From assembly GCA_963663165.1 (NCBI GenBank), contig OY760175.1:1120001-1184000 (forward strand): a DNA stretch of 64,000 nucleotides, read 5' to 3'. Position 1 is the first letter of the stretch. Each line of letters starts with the position of its first letter. Made by a program: the position numbers and the translations under genes. Source of the stretch: an uncultured Desulfospira sp. GTDB lineage: Bacteria; Desulfobacterota; Desulfobacteria; Desulfobacterales; Desulfobacteraceae. Below are positions 39,507 to 50,321 of the stretch, one piece after another. The notes under the pieces were generated by a model. That model ran no database searches. It saw only the letters and a program-made list of their open reading frames with translations, and was not told the DNA's origin.

Positions 39507-40288
39507 ATGGCAAAAAAGAAAGAACCCGAAAACAAACCGGTCCCGGTTCCGGCAACATCCGACTTTATCCTCTACACATCCGGTTCCGGGGATGTGAGGG
39601 TGGACGTTTTTTTTCACGATGAATCGGTCTGGATGACCCAAAAAAAAATAGGAGGGCTCTTTGAAAAAGAGAGAAGCGTCATTACCAAGCATTTAAAAAA
39701 TATATTCCAGACCGGTGAACTGGAAGAAGAATCAGTATGTGCAAATTTTGCACGTACTGCGGCAGACGGAAAAACATACCAGACCAAATACTACAATCTG
39801 GACGCCATCATCTCCGTAGGCTACCGTGTAAACTCATATAAAGCCACACAATTTCGCATCTGGGCAACCCGGACATTAAAAGAATACATCATCAAGGGCT
39901 TTATCCTGGACGATGAACGCTTAAAGCAGGGTAAACAGGTCTTTGGAAAAGACTATTTTGATGAACTGATAGAACGCATCCGGGAAATCCGGGCCAGTGA
40001 AAGACGCTTTTACCAGAAAATCACCGATATTTATGCGCTGTCCGCCGATTACGACAAACAGGCACCCACGACAAAAGAGTTCTTTGCAACGGTTCAAAAC
40101 AAATTGCATTGGGCCATTTCAGGAAAAACAGCTACCCGATTCTGAAGGACAAAGGAAAGGTAAGTGCCCTGGAAGCCAAACTCAAGGCCGAACAGGAGTA
40201 CGAAATTTACCGGAAAATCCAGGATGAAAATTACCTCTCTGATTTTGATCAGGAAATAAAACGGATTCAGGGCAAAAAGAACGAATAG
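39507..40288 (+). pseudogene. RhuM-family protein with internal deletion/frameshift
   Basis: YNLDAIISVGYRVNS, ATQFRIWAT, IRASERRFYQKITDIY, KLHWAISGKTA; then a jump to another frame YPILKDKGKVSALEAKLKAEQEY...SDFDQEIK*. Confidence 0.8.
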
Positions 40289-40396
40289 CTGATTTTCCAC
40301 AGGACAAAAAACAGCCATGAACACACTGGAGCGCGCGTTAATAGAAAAAACAGGCCGGGAGCACGGATGGGAAAATACTCTGACCAGTGATGAACA

Positions 40397-42381
40397 ATCG
40401 GGTAGCCGGGGGTTTTTTAATCCCCCAGCCCCCACAACACCCTGCATGCGGGTCCGCACAGGGCGTTTCATCAAAATTACCGGGCCGTGGCCGGGTAATG
40501 AATTTTCACCCACTGATCTTTGACAGATATTAACCCTTGTTCCATCAGCCATTTATTGGTCATTCCCGATTGCGTAGCCATGGTCCTGGAAAGATGCCAA
40601 GGACCTCTTCGGCTGAGTGCCGTCATGATGGCCTGTCTTTTGGATGTTCCCAGCTTAAGAAGATTTCGGACTTTGGTCCGGACGTAGCGCCACTGTTTCC
40701 AGTAACACATCCGTATCCGGCGACGGAGCCATTCATCTATCAACGGGATAGGACGATAGTACTCCGAGATCCCGTAATAGTTCATCCAGCCCCGCACATA
40801 TTCCGCTAACTTCTTGTACCGGTACTCCATTGACACAAACCAGCTCCTTCCGCTAAACAGGCGCAAGCGTCGCTTGAACTCCTGAAAGGATTTATCACTC
40901 CATCTGATTTTGCCGTTTACAAAGACAAACCCAAGAAAACCGCACTCCTTCACCGGAGCGACTTTGCTTTTCTTCTCGTTGACCTGGAGCCGCAGCTTAC
41001 GTTCGAGGAATTTTCGGATACTGGTCATCACGCGGTTTCCGGCACGCTGGCTTTTCACCATGATGATGAAGTCGTCGGCGTACCGGACAAAACGATGGCC
41101 GCGTTTTTCCAATTCCTTGTCAAGATCGTCAAGAAGAATATTTGCGAGCAGCGGTGAAAGTGGGCCGCCCTGGGGAACGCCGGCGGGCGTTGCCTGGAGG
41201 CTGCCGTTGACCATCACACCGGCCCTGAGATATTTACCGATAAGCTTGAGAACCCTCTTATCTTTAATCTGACGGGAAACTCTTACCATAAGGACATCGT
41301 GATCAACTTTATCGAAAAACTTCGACAAGTCGGTATCCACAGCCACTGTGTAGCCCTGTCCGATGAATTGTTTGACCCGTCTTACACCGTCATGGGCCGA
41401 TCGACCAGGTCTGAAACCGCAACTTGATTCTGAAAACAACGGATCAAATATGCGCCCCATAACCTGGGCTATGGCTTGCTGGATGACGCGATCCAGCACG
41501 GTTGGAATGCCCAGGGGACGTTTACTGCCGTCCGGTTTGAGTATCTCAACTCGTAGAACAGGAGAAGGGGCATATGTCCCTTCAAAAAGGCTTGAACGTA
41601 TTTGAGGCCACAACTCTCGGAAGGTGCCCGGAAAATTCTCAACGGTTACGCCGTCGATTCCAGGGGCTCCCTTGTTGGCCCGCACCTGCTTCCAGGCTTG
41701 GCCAACATTCTTTGTACTTAGAATACGCTCCAGTAGTTGATCTTCCGGGAACTGTTTTTCCACAGCACCGCCATACACTACTCCCCCGTTCGGGTTCACT
41801 GTACGTATAAGATTCCATGGACACATATTTCCCTCCTTGATGTTCGGCCCTTCACCATGTCCGGGGCATTACCCCCGGCGTTGGGCTAATATGGCCTTTG
41901 CTGACTTCTGCCCTGTCACCCAACAAGTTACCCTGTAAGGCGCAATGGAACTTCTTTTGCAGGTGCTGCCCATCATTCGTTCATCATCACCGTCGGCAGC
42001 AGCCGGTAATGCCTGGACCTTGGTATCCCGGTGGTCCGGGCCGGGAGTTGCTGCAAGAGAGATTCAATGCCGGCAAGACAGATCTCCCCGGATAAGAACG
42101 TGAACTGTCACTACACAACCGCAGCATTTACCCTGTCTCCTGAATCCTGGGCTTCGACATGTTGCACCCTAAAGGGCAGGCCTGCTGCCTTGCCCGGAGA
42201 CCAGGCCTTATATGCTGTTTCTGTTCGTCGGCTCATAGTTTTGCACTCCAACTTCCTTCAGACGGTCCCTCGCGGTTCCGCCCTTGTTTTCGGCTAATAC
42301 TTCTGATAATGCTGTATGCATTAACAGGATTCACGTATAGGGGACTTTCACCCCATTAGTTCACGCCCATGCCGGGCGTAC
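40397..42381 (-). mobile_element. Group II intron, class C (IIC), 1985 nt
   Basis: 5' end GTACGCCCGGCATGGGCG; short domain V gaaacgccctgtgcggacccgcatgcagggtgttgt; domain VI ending ggctacccgAT; exon junction TTGT/T. Confidence 0.92.
40477..41826 (-). CDS. ltrA: Group II intron reverse transcriptase/maturase, no endonuclease domain
   Basis: NKGAPGIDG, RPLGIPTVLDR, GVPQGGPLSPLLANI, RYADD, RGWMNYY. Confidence 0.96.
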   Translation of the reverse strand: MCPWNLIRTVNPNGGVVYGGAVEKQFPEDQLLERILSTKNVGQAWKQVRANKGAPGIDGVTVENFPGTFRELWPQIRSSLFEGTYAPSPVLRVEILKPDGSKRPLGIPTVLDRVIQQAIAQVMGRIFDPLFSESSCGFRPGRSAHDGVRRVKQFIGQGYTVAVDTDLSKFFDKVDHDVLMVRVSRQIKDKRVLKLIGKYLRAGVMVNGSLQATPAGVPQGGPLSPLLANILLDDLDKELEKRGHRFVRYADDFIIMVKSQRAGNRVMTSIRKFLERKLRLQVNEKKSKVAPVKECGFLGFVFVNGKIRWSDKSFQEFKRRLRLFSGRSWFVSMEYRYKKLAEYVRGWMNYYGISEYYRPIPLIDEWLRRRIRMCYWKQWRYVRTKVRNLLKLGTSKRQAIMTALSRRGPWHLSRTMATQSGMTNKWLMEQGLISVKDQWVKIHYPATAR

Positions 42382-43293
42382 ACAAGTGGTGCTGGCATCC
42401 GGCCGTCACAAATCTATTCTAAAAATATCTGAAGCACCTTTTCCATCTGCCTGGCATATCGAAATATCGGGGCATCTGACAAAAAAAGAACTGAAACGCT
42501 CATTTCCCAAAGCAATATCAAATGATGAGCGATTCCTGGCAAAGGGAACTGACCAGCTCGCCCAAATACTGAGACGTTGTGCAGAACTGGCGGTATCACT
42601 CCCCGACCAGGCCTACCAAAACTATAATCAGCTGGTAAAAAACGAAATTAAAAACAACCGCCCGTCCAAAACAGAAGTGGAGCGGCTGATCCGCCAGAGA
42701 ATCGGGCAGTCTGTTTTCAAAGACGCATTACTGGATTATTGGGAGGGCCGCTGTGCCGTTACCGGTATTGCTCTTCCTCAGATCCTTCGCGCATGCCATA
42801 TCAAGCCCTGGGCCAAATGTGATACCGATAAGGAGCGCCTGGATGTTTTTAACGGCCTGCTCCTGAGCGCCAATCTGGACGCCCTGTTTGACCGGGGGCT
42901 GATCACCTTTAACGAAAATGGCAAACTGATATGTTCACCCCAGGTAAGCAAAGAGCATCAGAGCCTGCTCCAGTTAAAAGGAAACCCTCGCTTACGTTGG
43001 ATTTCTTCCGAACATACCAACTATCTTGACTGGCACAAAAAAAATATATTCAGCCCTTGTTAATTTTTCGGGCATACATCTTCTTCCTAAGCAAAATAGA
43101 GCAACTGGAAAGCAGCCTAAATCTTCGCTTCAATGCTACATAAAATAATCGGGATCAGACATAGCCATATCCCGTGATGTTCCACCGGCTGAAAGCCCGG
43201 GCATCATGTCCGGCAAAAATCTCCGGCATTGCGAATTTTCTACCAAAGGTATAGAACCATATTAAACACAGTGTCTCATATAGGAAAATAAAA

Positions 43294-43746
43294 ATGAAAA
43301 CCGCAAAAGACATCATGGAAAAACAAGTTATCTCCGTAACCCCGGAGACCGACATAACCCGGGCCGTGGAAATCCTGTTAAACAACCACATTAACGGCGT
43401 CCCTGTGGTGGATGAAACCGGCAGGCTCAAGGGAATTTTATGCCAGAGTGATCTGATTTTTGCGCAAAAAACCATCTCCCTGCCCCCCATCCTCACCTTT
43501 CTGGATGGTATTATTCCCTTATCTTCTTCTAAAAAGCTGGAGCTTGAAATGAAAAAAATAGCCGCCAGCACCGTGGCCCAAGCCATGGTTGCCGATCCGG
43601 TCACGGTAACACCGGACACACCGGTCAGCGACATTGCCGCCCTGATGGTTGAAAAGCACTTTCATACCATTCCTGTAGTTCAGGAAGGAAACCTGGTGGG
43701 AATTGTGGGCAAGGAAGATGTGTTAAAGACCATGATCAATCCATAA
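43294..43746 (+). CDS. CBS-domain pair protein
   Basis: TAKDIME...GVPVVDE...GILCQSDL; second CBS TIPVVQEGNLVGIV. Confidence 0.9.
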   Translation: MKTAKDIMEKQVISVTPETDITRAVEILLNNHINGVPVVDETGRLKGILCQSDLIFAQKTISLPPILTFLDGIIPLSSSKKLELEMKKIAASTVAQAMVADPVTVTPDTPVSDIAALMVEKHFHTIPVVQEGNLVGIVGKEDVLKTMINP

Positions 43747-43817
43747 GCCTTTGCACCCTTACCCTTTGAATGCCGAATTCATTTTCCCGGCCGCCTTTTG
43801 AATTCTCAGGCCGGTTT

Positions 43818-45665
43818 TCAATCCGGTACCGGCCTTTGCCTGAACTGGCTTTGATACAGCCGGTAATAGTGGCCCTTCCCGGCCAGAAGGTCCTTGTGAG
43901 AGCCCTGTTCGACAACCCTGCCCTGGTCAATGACCATTACCTGGTCGGCATTGGCAATGGTGGACAGGCGATGGGCAATGACAAAGCTTGTGCGATCTCG
44001 CATCAACCGGTCTAAGGCCTGCTGGATGAGAACCTCGGTGCGGGTGTCCACGGAGCTTGTGGCCTCGTCCAGGACCAGGATGGCCGGATCGGACAGGATG
44101 GCCCGGGCAATGGCCAAAAGCTGGCGCTGGCCCTGGGACAGGTTTGACCCCCGCTCGGAAAGCCGGGTGTTATAGCCCTGGGGCAGCCTTCGGATAAAAC
44201 CGTCTGCCCGGGCGGTCCGGGCAGCGGCAAAGACGTCTTCATCCGTGGCATTCAGCCGTCCGTAACGGATATTTTCCAGTACGGATTCACTGAATAAAAA
44301 GGTCTGCTGCAGCACCACGCCCAGCTGCCGCCGCAGGCTTTTCCGGGAAGCGGTGAGGATATCCACGCCGTCAATATAAATGGCTCCCCGGTCGTTATCG
44401 TAAAACCCGGACAAGAGGTTGATCAATGTGGTTTTTCCGGCGCCTGTAGGTCCCACCAGGGCAATGCGCTGACCGGGCCGGGCATGGAAACTGACATCAT
44501 TCAGCACCGGAACGCCGGGAATGTACGAAAAGCAGACCCGGTCAAACCGGACATCCCCGGCCACCTGCCTGAATTCATGAGCCCCGGGCGGATCGGTTAA
44601 GTCGGGAACCGTATCCATGATTTCAAATACCCGCTCCGCCCCGGCCAGGGCGGCCTGAACCTGATTGTACACATTGCCCAGCTGGCGCAGGGGCTCGGCA
44701 AACCGCCGGGAATATGAAATAAATGCGGCAATGGTGCCCACGGATACCATGCCGTGAATGGCCAGCCACCCCCCTAAGCCGCAGACCACGGCAATGTTAA
44801 GGTTGGACAAAATGCCCATCATGGGCATGACCAGAAGCGACAGGGTCATGGCGGCCGTTCCGGAAACCCGGACAGACTCATTGGCTTTATCAAACTGGGC
44901 CAGGGCGTTTTGCTCCTGCCCAAAGGCCAGTACCACCCGCTGGCCGCTGTAAGTTTCCTCCAAAGAGGCGTTCAGTTTACCCAGGTCCTTTTGATAGGCC
45001 TGAAATTTATTCCGGGTTTTCCGGCCCACCAGGCTCACAAGGCCGATCATCAGCGGAAAAGCCAGCATTGAACCTGTGGCCAGCCACGGGTTTAAAATAA
45101 AGATAATGAGCACAATCCCGATAAGGGTGGCAAGGCCGGTAAACAACTGGGCCGCATGGTTGGTCAGCACCTGGTTAATGGCATCCATGTCATTGGTCAG
45201 CCGGCTCATCAACTCTCCCTGGGAGCGGGTGTCAAAAAATTTGAGCGACAGGGTCTGCATATGGTTAAACAGGTCAGCGCGCAGGGTTCTCATGGCCTTT
45301 TGGGCCACCCGGGCAATGAAAAGGCCCTGGACCAGCTGGGCAGCTGCGGAAAGTACATAAGCCCCCAGCATGAGCAGGATGGGGATGATCACCGCACCTG
45401 GGTTATGGCTGCCCAACTGGTCTATGGCCCGGCCCACCAGGTAAGGCCCGGACAGGGCCATTGCCGTTCCCAAGACAGCGGCCCCAATGATCAGGCAAAG
45501 GGTGTTGCCATATGGGCTCAGGTATTGGGAAAGACGGCGCAGGGTCCCCCGGGCGTCTTTGGCGCGCCGGATGTCGCGCCCCTGAAAAGGGCCGCCGCCC
45601 CGGCCCGGGCCAGGCATCCCGGGAACAGTATGACGGTCAGATGGCCGGTTCAGGTTATGGGTCAT
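43818..45665 (-). CDS. ABC exporter TMD-NBD subunit (consensus site)
   Basis: GPTGAGKT, LSQGQRQ, LDEATS, IAHRLST. Confidence 0.94.
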   Translation of the reverse strand: MTHNLNRPSDRHTVPGMPGPGRGGGPFQGRDIRRAKDARGTLRRLSQYLSPYGNTLCLIIGAAVLGTAMALSGPYLVGRAIDQLGSHNPGAVIIPILLMLGAYVLSAAAQLVQGLFIARVAQKAMRTLRADLFNHMQTLSLKFFDTRSQGELMSRLTNDMDAINQVLTNHAAQLFTGLATLIGIVLIIFILNPWLATGSMLAFPLMIGLVSLVGRKTRNKFQAYQKDLGKLNASLEETYSGQRVVLAFGQEQNALAQFDKANESVRVSGTAAMTLSLLVMPMMGILSNLNIAVVCGLGGWLAIHGMVSVGTIAAFISYSRRFAEPLRQLGNVYNQVQAALAGAERVFEIMDTVPDLTDPPGAHEFRQVAGDVRFDRVCFSYIPGVPVLNDVSFHARPGQRIALVGPTGAGKTTLINLLSGFYDNDRGAIYIDGVDILTASRKSLRRQLGVVLQQTFLFSESVLENIRYGRLNATDEDVFAAARTARADGFIRRLPQGYNTRLSERGSNLSQGQRQLLAIARAILSDPAILVLDEATSSVDTRTEVLIQQALDRLMRDRTSFVIAHRLSTIANADQVMVIDQGRVVEQGSHKDLLAGKGHYYRLYQSQFRQRPVPD

Positions 45666-47425
45666 GGGGTCGCCCTTTCAATCCCGGAGCCGGCTAATTG
45701 AGAGCGGTAAATATCCTGATAAATAGGGCTTGATAAAAGAAGCTGCTCATGGGTGCCGGCGGCCGCAATCCGGCCCTGGTCAAGAAGAAGAATTCTGTCG
45801 GCATTGAGGACCGTGCTGATGCGCTGGGCCACCACAAACCGGGTAACCCCGGGCTTTTGGCCGGCGGCCCATTGGTCCAGGGCCTGTTGAAGCTTAAATT
45901 CCGTGTCCGCATCCAGGGCGCTGGTGGCATCGTCCAGAATCAGCACCCTGGGCCTGACCAGCAGGGCCCTGGCAATGGCAATCCGCTGCTGCTGCCCCCC
46001 GGAAAGGGTTGATCCGCGCTGGCCGATTTTTGTATCCAGCCCTTGGGGCATGCGCTGGATAAATTCCGTTGCCTGGGCCACCTGGGCCGCCGCCGTCACC
46101 TCTTCCGGAGTAGCGGTCATCCGGCCGTAGCGAATGTTGTCGCCAATGGTTCCGCTGAACAGCACGGCCTCCTGGAGAACCACCCCCACAGCGCTGCGCA
46201 GCCTTCCCAAATCCAGTTGTCTGACATCAATGCCGTCAAGGGTCACCCGGCCGTGGGCAACATCGTAAAACCGAGGGATCAGATGGACCAGGGATGATTT
46301 CCCGGCACCGGTGGCACCGAGAATGGCCACGGTTTCCCCGGGTTCGGCGGCAAAGGTCAAATCGTTTAAAACCGGTTCGGCACAGTCGTCGCCATAACTG
46401 AAACAGACCTTTTCAAAGGTGATCCGGCCCTTAAAATCCACCGGGCCTTCCGGAGACGGCGGCGGTTTGACCCCGGGCGCGGCATCCAGCACCTCCAGAA
46501 TCCTTCCGGCCGAGGCATCGGCTGCGGCCAGGGGACCGAGCATGCCCCCCAGCAAAAGGACCGGAAAAAGCGAAAACCCCAGATAATTGATGGCCGCCAC
46601 CATATGGCCAAGGGACATGTCCCCGGACTGAACACTGCCGCTGCCAAGCCAGATAGCGCCCACCAGGGCCAGGTTCAGGACCAGGTGCATCAGCGGCATG
46701 AACACGGCGGCCAGTTCAGAGACCTTTACGGCCTGGGCCATGAGTTCCTGGTTGGCATGATCAAACCGTGTGATTTCATGGGCCGTTCGGACAAAGGCCT
46801 TGACCACCCGGATACCGGCCAGGTTTTCCTGAAGGATGGTATTCATCCGGTCAAGGCGTTCCTGCATTTTTAAAAACAACTGGCGGGACCTTCTGGCAAA
46901 TACCCGCATCATGCCAATGATAAAGGGCACAAAAACCGCTGCCGTAAGCGCCAGGCGGGGGCTTGTCATGGCCAGCATCACAATGGCCCCGGCCGCCCAG
47001 ACCGGGGCCCTGGTCATGATGCGCAAAGACAGGATCACGATGGTCTGTACCGTGTTGACATCACTGGTGGAGCGGACAATAAGGCTGCCGGTCTTCAGAT
47101 GATCCAGGTTCCCAAAGGAAAAGGACTGGACCTTTCGCATCAAAGCGCTTCGCAGGTTGGCCCCGAATCCCATGGCCGCCACCACCGACAGCCGGTTGTT
47201 GGCCAGGGCAAAGACCATGGAAAGGATGGCGGCACCGGCCATGCCAAGGGCCGTGGTCACCACCACAGAAAGGTCATTGGCCAGGATTCCCTGATCAATG
47301 ATCCGCTGGGCCAGGCGGGGAATGGCAAGGTCGGCCGCCACCATGAACAGCAGCAGGACCAGGGCGGTCACCGCCTGGAAGCCATAGGGGCGCAAAAACC
47401 GGTAAAGGCGGGGAAGAAATGTCAC
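45662..47425 (-). CDS. ABC exporter TMD-NBD subunit (degenerate site, heterodimer partner)
   Basis: GATGAGKS, LSGGQQQ, LDDATS (E to D), VAQRIS (H to Q). Confidence 0.94.
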   Translation of the reverse strand: MTFLPRLYRFLRPYGFQAVTALVLLLFMVAADLAIPRLAQRIIDQGILANDLSVVVTTALGMAGAAILSMVFALANNRLSVVAAMGFGANLRSALMRKVQSFSFGNLDHLKTGSLIVRSTSDVNTVQTIVILSLRIMTRAPVWAAGAIVMLAMTSPRLALTAAVFVPFIIGMMRVFARRSRQLFLKMQERLDRMNTILQENLAGIRVVKAFVRTAHEITRFDHANQELMAQAVKVSELAAVFMPLMHLVLNLALVGAIWLGSGSVQSGDMSLGHMVAAINYLGFSLFPVLLLGGMLGPLAAADASAGRILEVLDAAPGVKPPPSPEGPVDFKGRITFEKVCFSYGDDCAEPVLNDLTFAAEPGETVAILGATGAGKSSLVHLIPRFYDVAHGRVTLDGIDVRQLDLGRLRSAVGVVLQEAVLFSGTIGDNIRYGRMTATPEEVTAAAQVAQATEFIQRMPQGLDTKIGQRGSTLSGGQQQRIAIARALLVRPRVLILDDATSALDADTEFKLQQALDQWAAGQKPGVTRFVVAQRISTVLNADRILLLDQGRIAAAGTHEQLLLSSPIYQDIYRSQLAGSGIERATP

Positions 47426-47925
47426 CGGTCCCCCTGACGGGTATCTTCTGACCCTTTCGGGCCGTTGGCATCTTGTTCCCGGGTTTGCCCGGACAAATGA
47501 TGCTGGACTTTGAGCAGGGAAGAGACCAGATTGTCCTGTTCGGCCCGGCTCAGCACCGAGGTGAGTTCAAGGTCCAGCTCTTTAAAAGTTTTACGGATTT
47601 CCCTGCCCAGGGATCTGGCTTTTTCAGTCAAAAACACCTGGATGACCCTCTGATCGGCCGCCAGTCGCCGGCGCTGGACCCAGCCGTTTTTTTCCATTCG
47701 CTGCAGGGTGCTGGTGGTCGTGGCCGGGGTGATGTTCAAGGCATGGGCAAGGGTCGCCTGGGCCACCCCGTCTTTATGCCAGAGATCAGCCAGCACCATC
47801 CCCTGGGTATGGGACAGCCCGAACTCATGCAGTTTTAAGCGCATGCGCATCCCCACAAGCCGGCTGACATGGGCCAGCAGATGCCCGATGGTCTGTTTTT
47901 GAGAATCTGAATTAAAATGGGTCAT
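47422..47925 (-). CDS. MarR-family regulator
   Basis: ATTTSTLQRMEKNGWVQRRRLAADQR; overlaps the ABC gene start. Confidence 0.9.
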   Translation of the reverse strand: MTHFNSDSQKQTIGHLLAHVSRLVGMRMRLKLHEFGLSHTQGMVLADLWHKDGVAQATLAHALNITPATTTSTLQRMEKNGWVQRRRLAADQRVIQVFLTEKARSLGREIRKTFKELDLELTSVLSRAEQDNLVSSLLKVQHHLSGQTREQDANGPKGSEDTRQGDR

Positions 47926-48007
47926 TTTTATTAGCGGTCTAATTATTAGATATCAAACTAATAACTGGGCTGAAATATATTGTCAACCCAAAACACACGG
48001 GATAAAA

Positions 48008-48080
48008 GAAAACCGGAAACGAAAGACCGGATATGGCGCCCCCCTCTGGTTTATGCATTCCGGTGTGCGGTTTTCGGTTT
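48008..48080. repeat. Divergent family-2-like palindromic repeat
   Basis: aaaccggaaacgaaagaccggat...gcattccggtgtgcggttttcggttt. Confidence 0.5.
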
Positions 48081-48202
48081 GTTTCATTTTCCCCTGATTT
48101 ATCCCAGGCTGATCCGGGTGTCAGCATTTCTTACACCTTGGAAAAACAGCCCGGCACTTTTTTTTCATCTGCATTTTCCCAAAGGCTGCCTCATCCGGGA
48201 TT

Positions 48203-48293
48203 TATATCAAAGTCTCACTAACATCTTGAGAAGACTTTAAAGCATTTGTTGTGGGCGGTTCTTGGTTGGATAACCAAGCGGCCCGTGGCCGTT
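48203..48293 (+). repeat. Family-1 ~90-bp element
   Basis: tatatcaaagtctcactaacatcttgagaagacttt...gtgggcggttcttggttggataaccaagcggcccgtggccgtt. Confidence 0.92.
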
Positions 48294-48479
48294 TCGCCGA
48301 TGAATTCACAAAAATCTTACCCCTTCCCCCCTTTATTGTGCCGGATTTGGCCCGACCCGTGCCCCGCCGGCCCTGTCTGGCACCCAACTTGCTACTGTCC
48401 TGTATAGTTCAATATAGAACCAGGGGCTTGAAAGTCCTTTACTGATGAATGGCAATGAATTGCCAGGGGGGAAGACTTC

Positions 48480-50321
48480 ATGTTTTATTCTACCCGGTCC
48501 AAACTTGTTTTAGGCCTGATCAGTGTTGCGCTGGTGGTGGGGAGCATCTCATTTACGGCCGGCTGGCGCCTCCTGTACAACTCTGTACTCAATGAAGCGT
48601 TTAACCGGGTCCGGCAGGACCTGAATGTGGCCCGGGTCATCTATGACGACCGGGTTAAGGCCATTTGCATTTCCCTCCAAACCGCTGCTGAGGCCGATGA
48701 CCTGAAATCCGCACTGGCCCATAAGGATTTACGCCTTCCCATGGATCGGGTCCGCCACCAGTCCCTCAAGCTCAACCTGGATTTTTCCGGCATTTTGACC
48801 CCCGACGGCCAGGTCATTCCCTGTTCCGGCTTTGAGGCATCACCCCCTCCCCAAAAAGCCGACCTGCCCATGGCCGCAAAAGCCTTTCAAGAAAAACAGA
48901 CCATATCCGGAACCGCCATCGCCGGCCAGGGGCTTGTGGCCGGGGCGGCTGTTCCCGTCACCTTTGGCAATGGCGTCACCGCGGTTGTTTTCGGCGGTAT
49001 CCGCCTGAACCAGGATGTGACCATTGTGGACAAGATCGGGGATACGGTGTTTAGAAACGAGGTGTACAAGGGACGGAATGTGGGCACGGCCACCATCTTT
49101 TTTAAAGACTTGAGAATCTCCACCTCGGTACTGACCTCTGACGGGACAAGGGCCGTGGGCACCCGGGCAAGCGACGCGGTTGCCCGTCAGGTGCTGGGCA
49201 ACGGCCTGAACTGGACCGACCGGGCCTTTGTGGTCAATGACTGGTACATCACCGCTTATGAACCCATCCTGGACATTTTTGGGAACCGGGCCGGCATGCT
49301 TTATGTCGGGGTACTGGAAGCCAAATACAGGGATGTCCGGCAAAAAGCCATCTGGCTGTTTTCCGCCGTCATCCTGGTGGGGGTGCTGCTGGCCATTGGT
49401 GCCGGTACCCTTCTGGCCGCCCGGATCATGCAGCCGGTCAGCCACCTGATCCAGGCCAGCGCCCAGATCGCCAAAGGCAACCTGTCGCCGGATATCGGAC
49501 CGGCCAGCTCAGGCGACATCGGGCTGCTTCAAAAGGCCTTTATATCCATGTCCCAGTCCCTGGTCAGGCGGAATCAGGAACAGCTCGAAGAACGAAGACG
49601 GGAGCTGATCCGATCGGAAAAACAGGCCAGCATCGGCAAACTGGCTGCCGGGGTGGCCCATGAAATCAACAATCCCCTGACACCGGTACTGACCTTTACC
49701 CATCTGCTTTTAAACAGAAAAGACCTGCCCGAGCCGGTGCGAAAAGACCTTGAGACCATTGCCTTTCAGACCGAACGGGTCAGAAAGATTGTCAAAGGAC
49801 TGCTGGACTTTTCCCGACAGCCCAAGCTGGACCGGGAGACCATTGATCCGGGTGCGCTGCTGTCGGACACGGTGGAGCTGATGAAAAACCAGGCCCTGCT
49901 CCAGCAGGTTTCTCTTGTTTATGAAGGGCAAATACCCCTGCCCCTGGTCCGGATCGATAAAAACCAGATCCAGAGTGTGATCGTCAACCTGGTGATCAAT
50001 GCCCTGGATGCCACCGGACCCGGCGGCAGTGTCCGGGTAACCGCCATGCCTTTTGTTGAAAATCAGGTTGAGGGCATTGAAATTAAGGTCCGGGATACCG
50101 GTTCAGGCATCAGTCCTGAAGATATGAACAAACTGTTTGAACCTTTTTTTACCACCAAGCCGGCCGGAGAGGGCACCGGCTTAGGCCTTGCCGTATCCCT
50201 TGGCATTGTGGAGCGCCATGGCGGCCGGATCAGGGTGGAAAGCAGCCCGGGCCAGGGGGCTTGTTTTTTTGTCCGGCTGCCCTGCAATACCCGGGAAACG
50301 GCGGCAAAGGAGGGGATATGA
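48480..50321 (+). CDS. Membrane sensor histidine kinase (Cache-like, HAMP, HisKA, HATPase)
   Basis: Two TM; GVAHEINNPL, NLVINALDA, DTGSGI, FEPFFTTK, GTGLGL. Confidence 0.94.
   Translation: MFYSTRSKLVLGLISVALVVGSISFTAGWRLLYNSVLNEAFNRVRQDLNVARVIYDDRVKAICISLQTAAEADDLKSALAHKDLRLPMDRVRHQSLKLNLDFSGILTPDGQVIPCSGFEASPPPQKADLPMAAKAFQEKQTISGTAIAGQGLVAGAAVPVTFGNGVTAVVFGGIRLNQDVTIVDKIGDTVFRNEVYKGRNVGTATIFFKDLRISTSVLTSDGTRAVGTRASDAVARQVLGNGLNWTDRAFVVNDWYITAYEPILDIFGNRAGMLYVGVLEAKYRDVRQKAIWLFSAVILVGVLLAIGAGTLLAARIMQPVSHLIQASAQIAKGNLSPDIGPASSGDIGLLQKAFISMSQSLVRRNQEQLEERRRELIRSEKQASIGKLAAGVAHEINNPLTPVLTFTHLLLNRKDLPEPVRKDLETIAFQTERVRKIVKGLLDFSRQPKLDRETIDPGALLSDTVELMKNQALLQQVSLVYEGQIPLPLVRIDKNQIQSVIVNLVINALDATGPGGSVRVTAMPFVENQVEGIEIKVRDTGSGISPEDMNKLFEPFFTTKPAGEGTGLGLAVSLGIVERHGGRIRVESSPGQGACFFVRLPCNTRETAAKEGI

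Larger units (their letters stand above)
40317..43063 (+). pseudogene. HNH endonuclease gene split by a group II intron (exons 40317-40396 and 42382-43063)
   Basis: Joining the exons gives an in-frame 253-aa protein ...LTSDEQQVVLASGRH...RIGQSVFKDALLDYWEGRCAVTG...HIKPW...NGLLLSANLDALFDRG. Confidence 0.88.

Noticed and set aside
40131..40141. gctacccgatt in rhuM matches the intron 3' end, suggesting an intron remnant
   Set aside because: Explained by the deletion junction joining the KTA codons to the normal YPIL codons; no domain V/VI upstream
40477..41826. RT as a retron, DGR or defence RT
   Set aside because: Intron domains V/VI, 5' consensus, maturase region and precise exon rejoining identify a group II intron; no TR/VR pair seen
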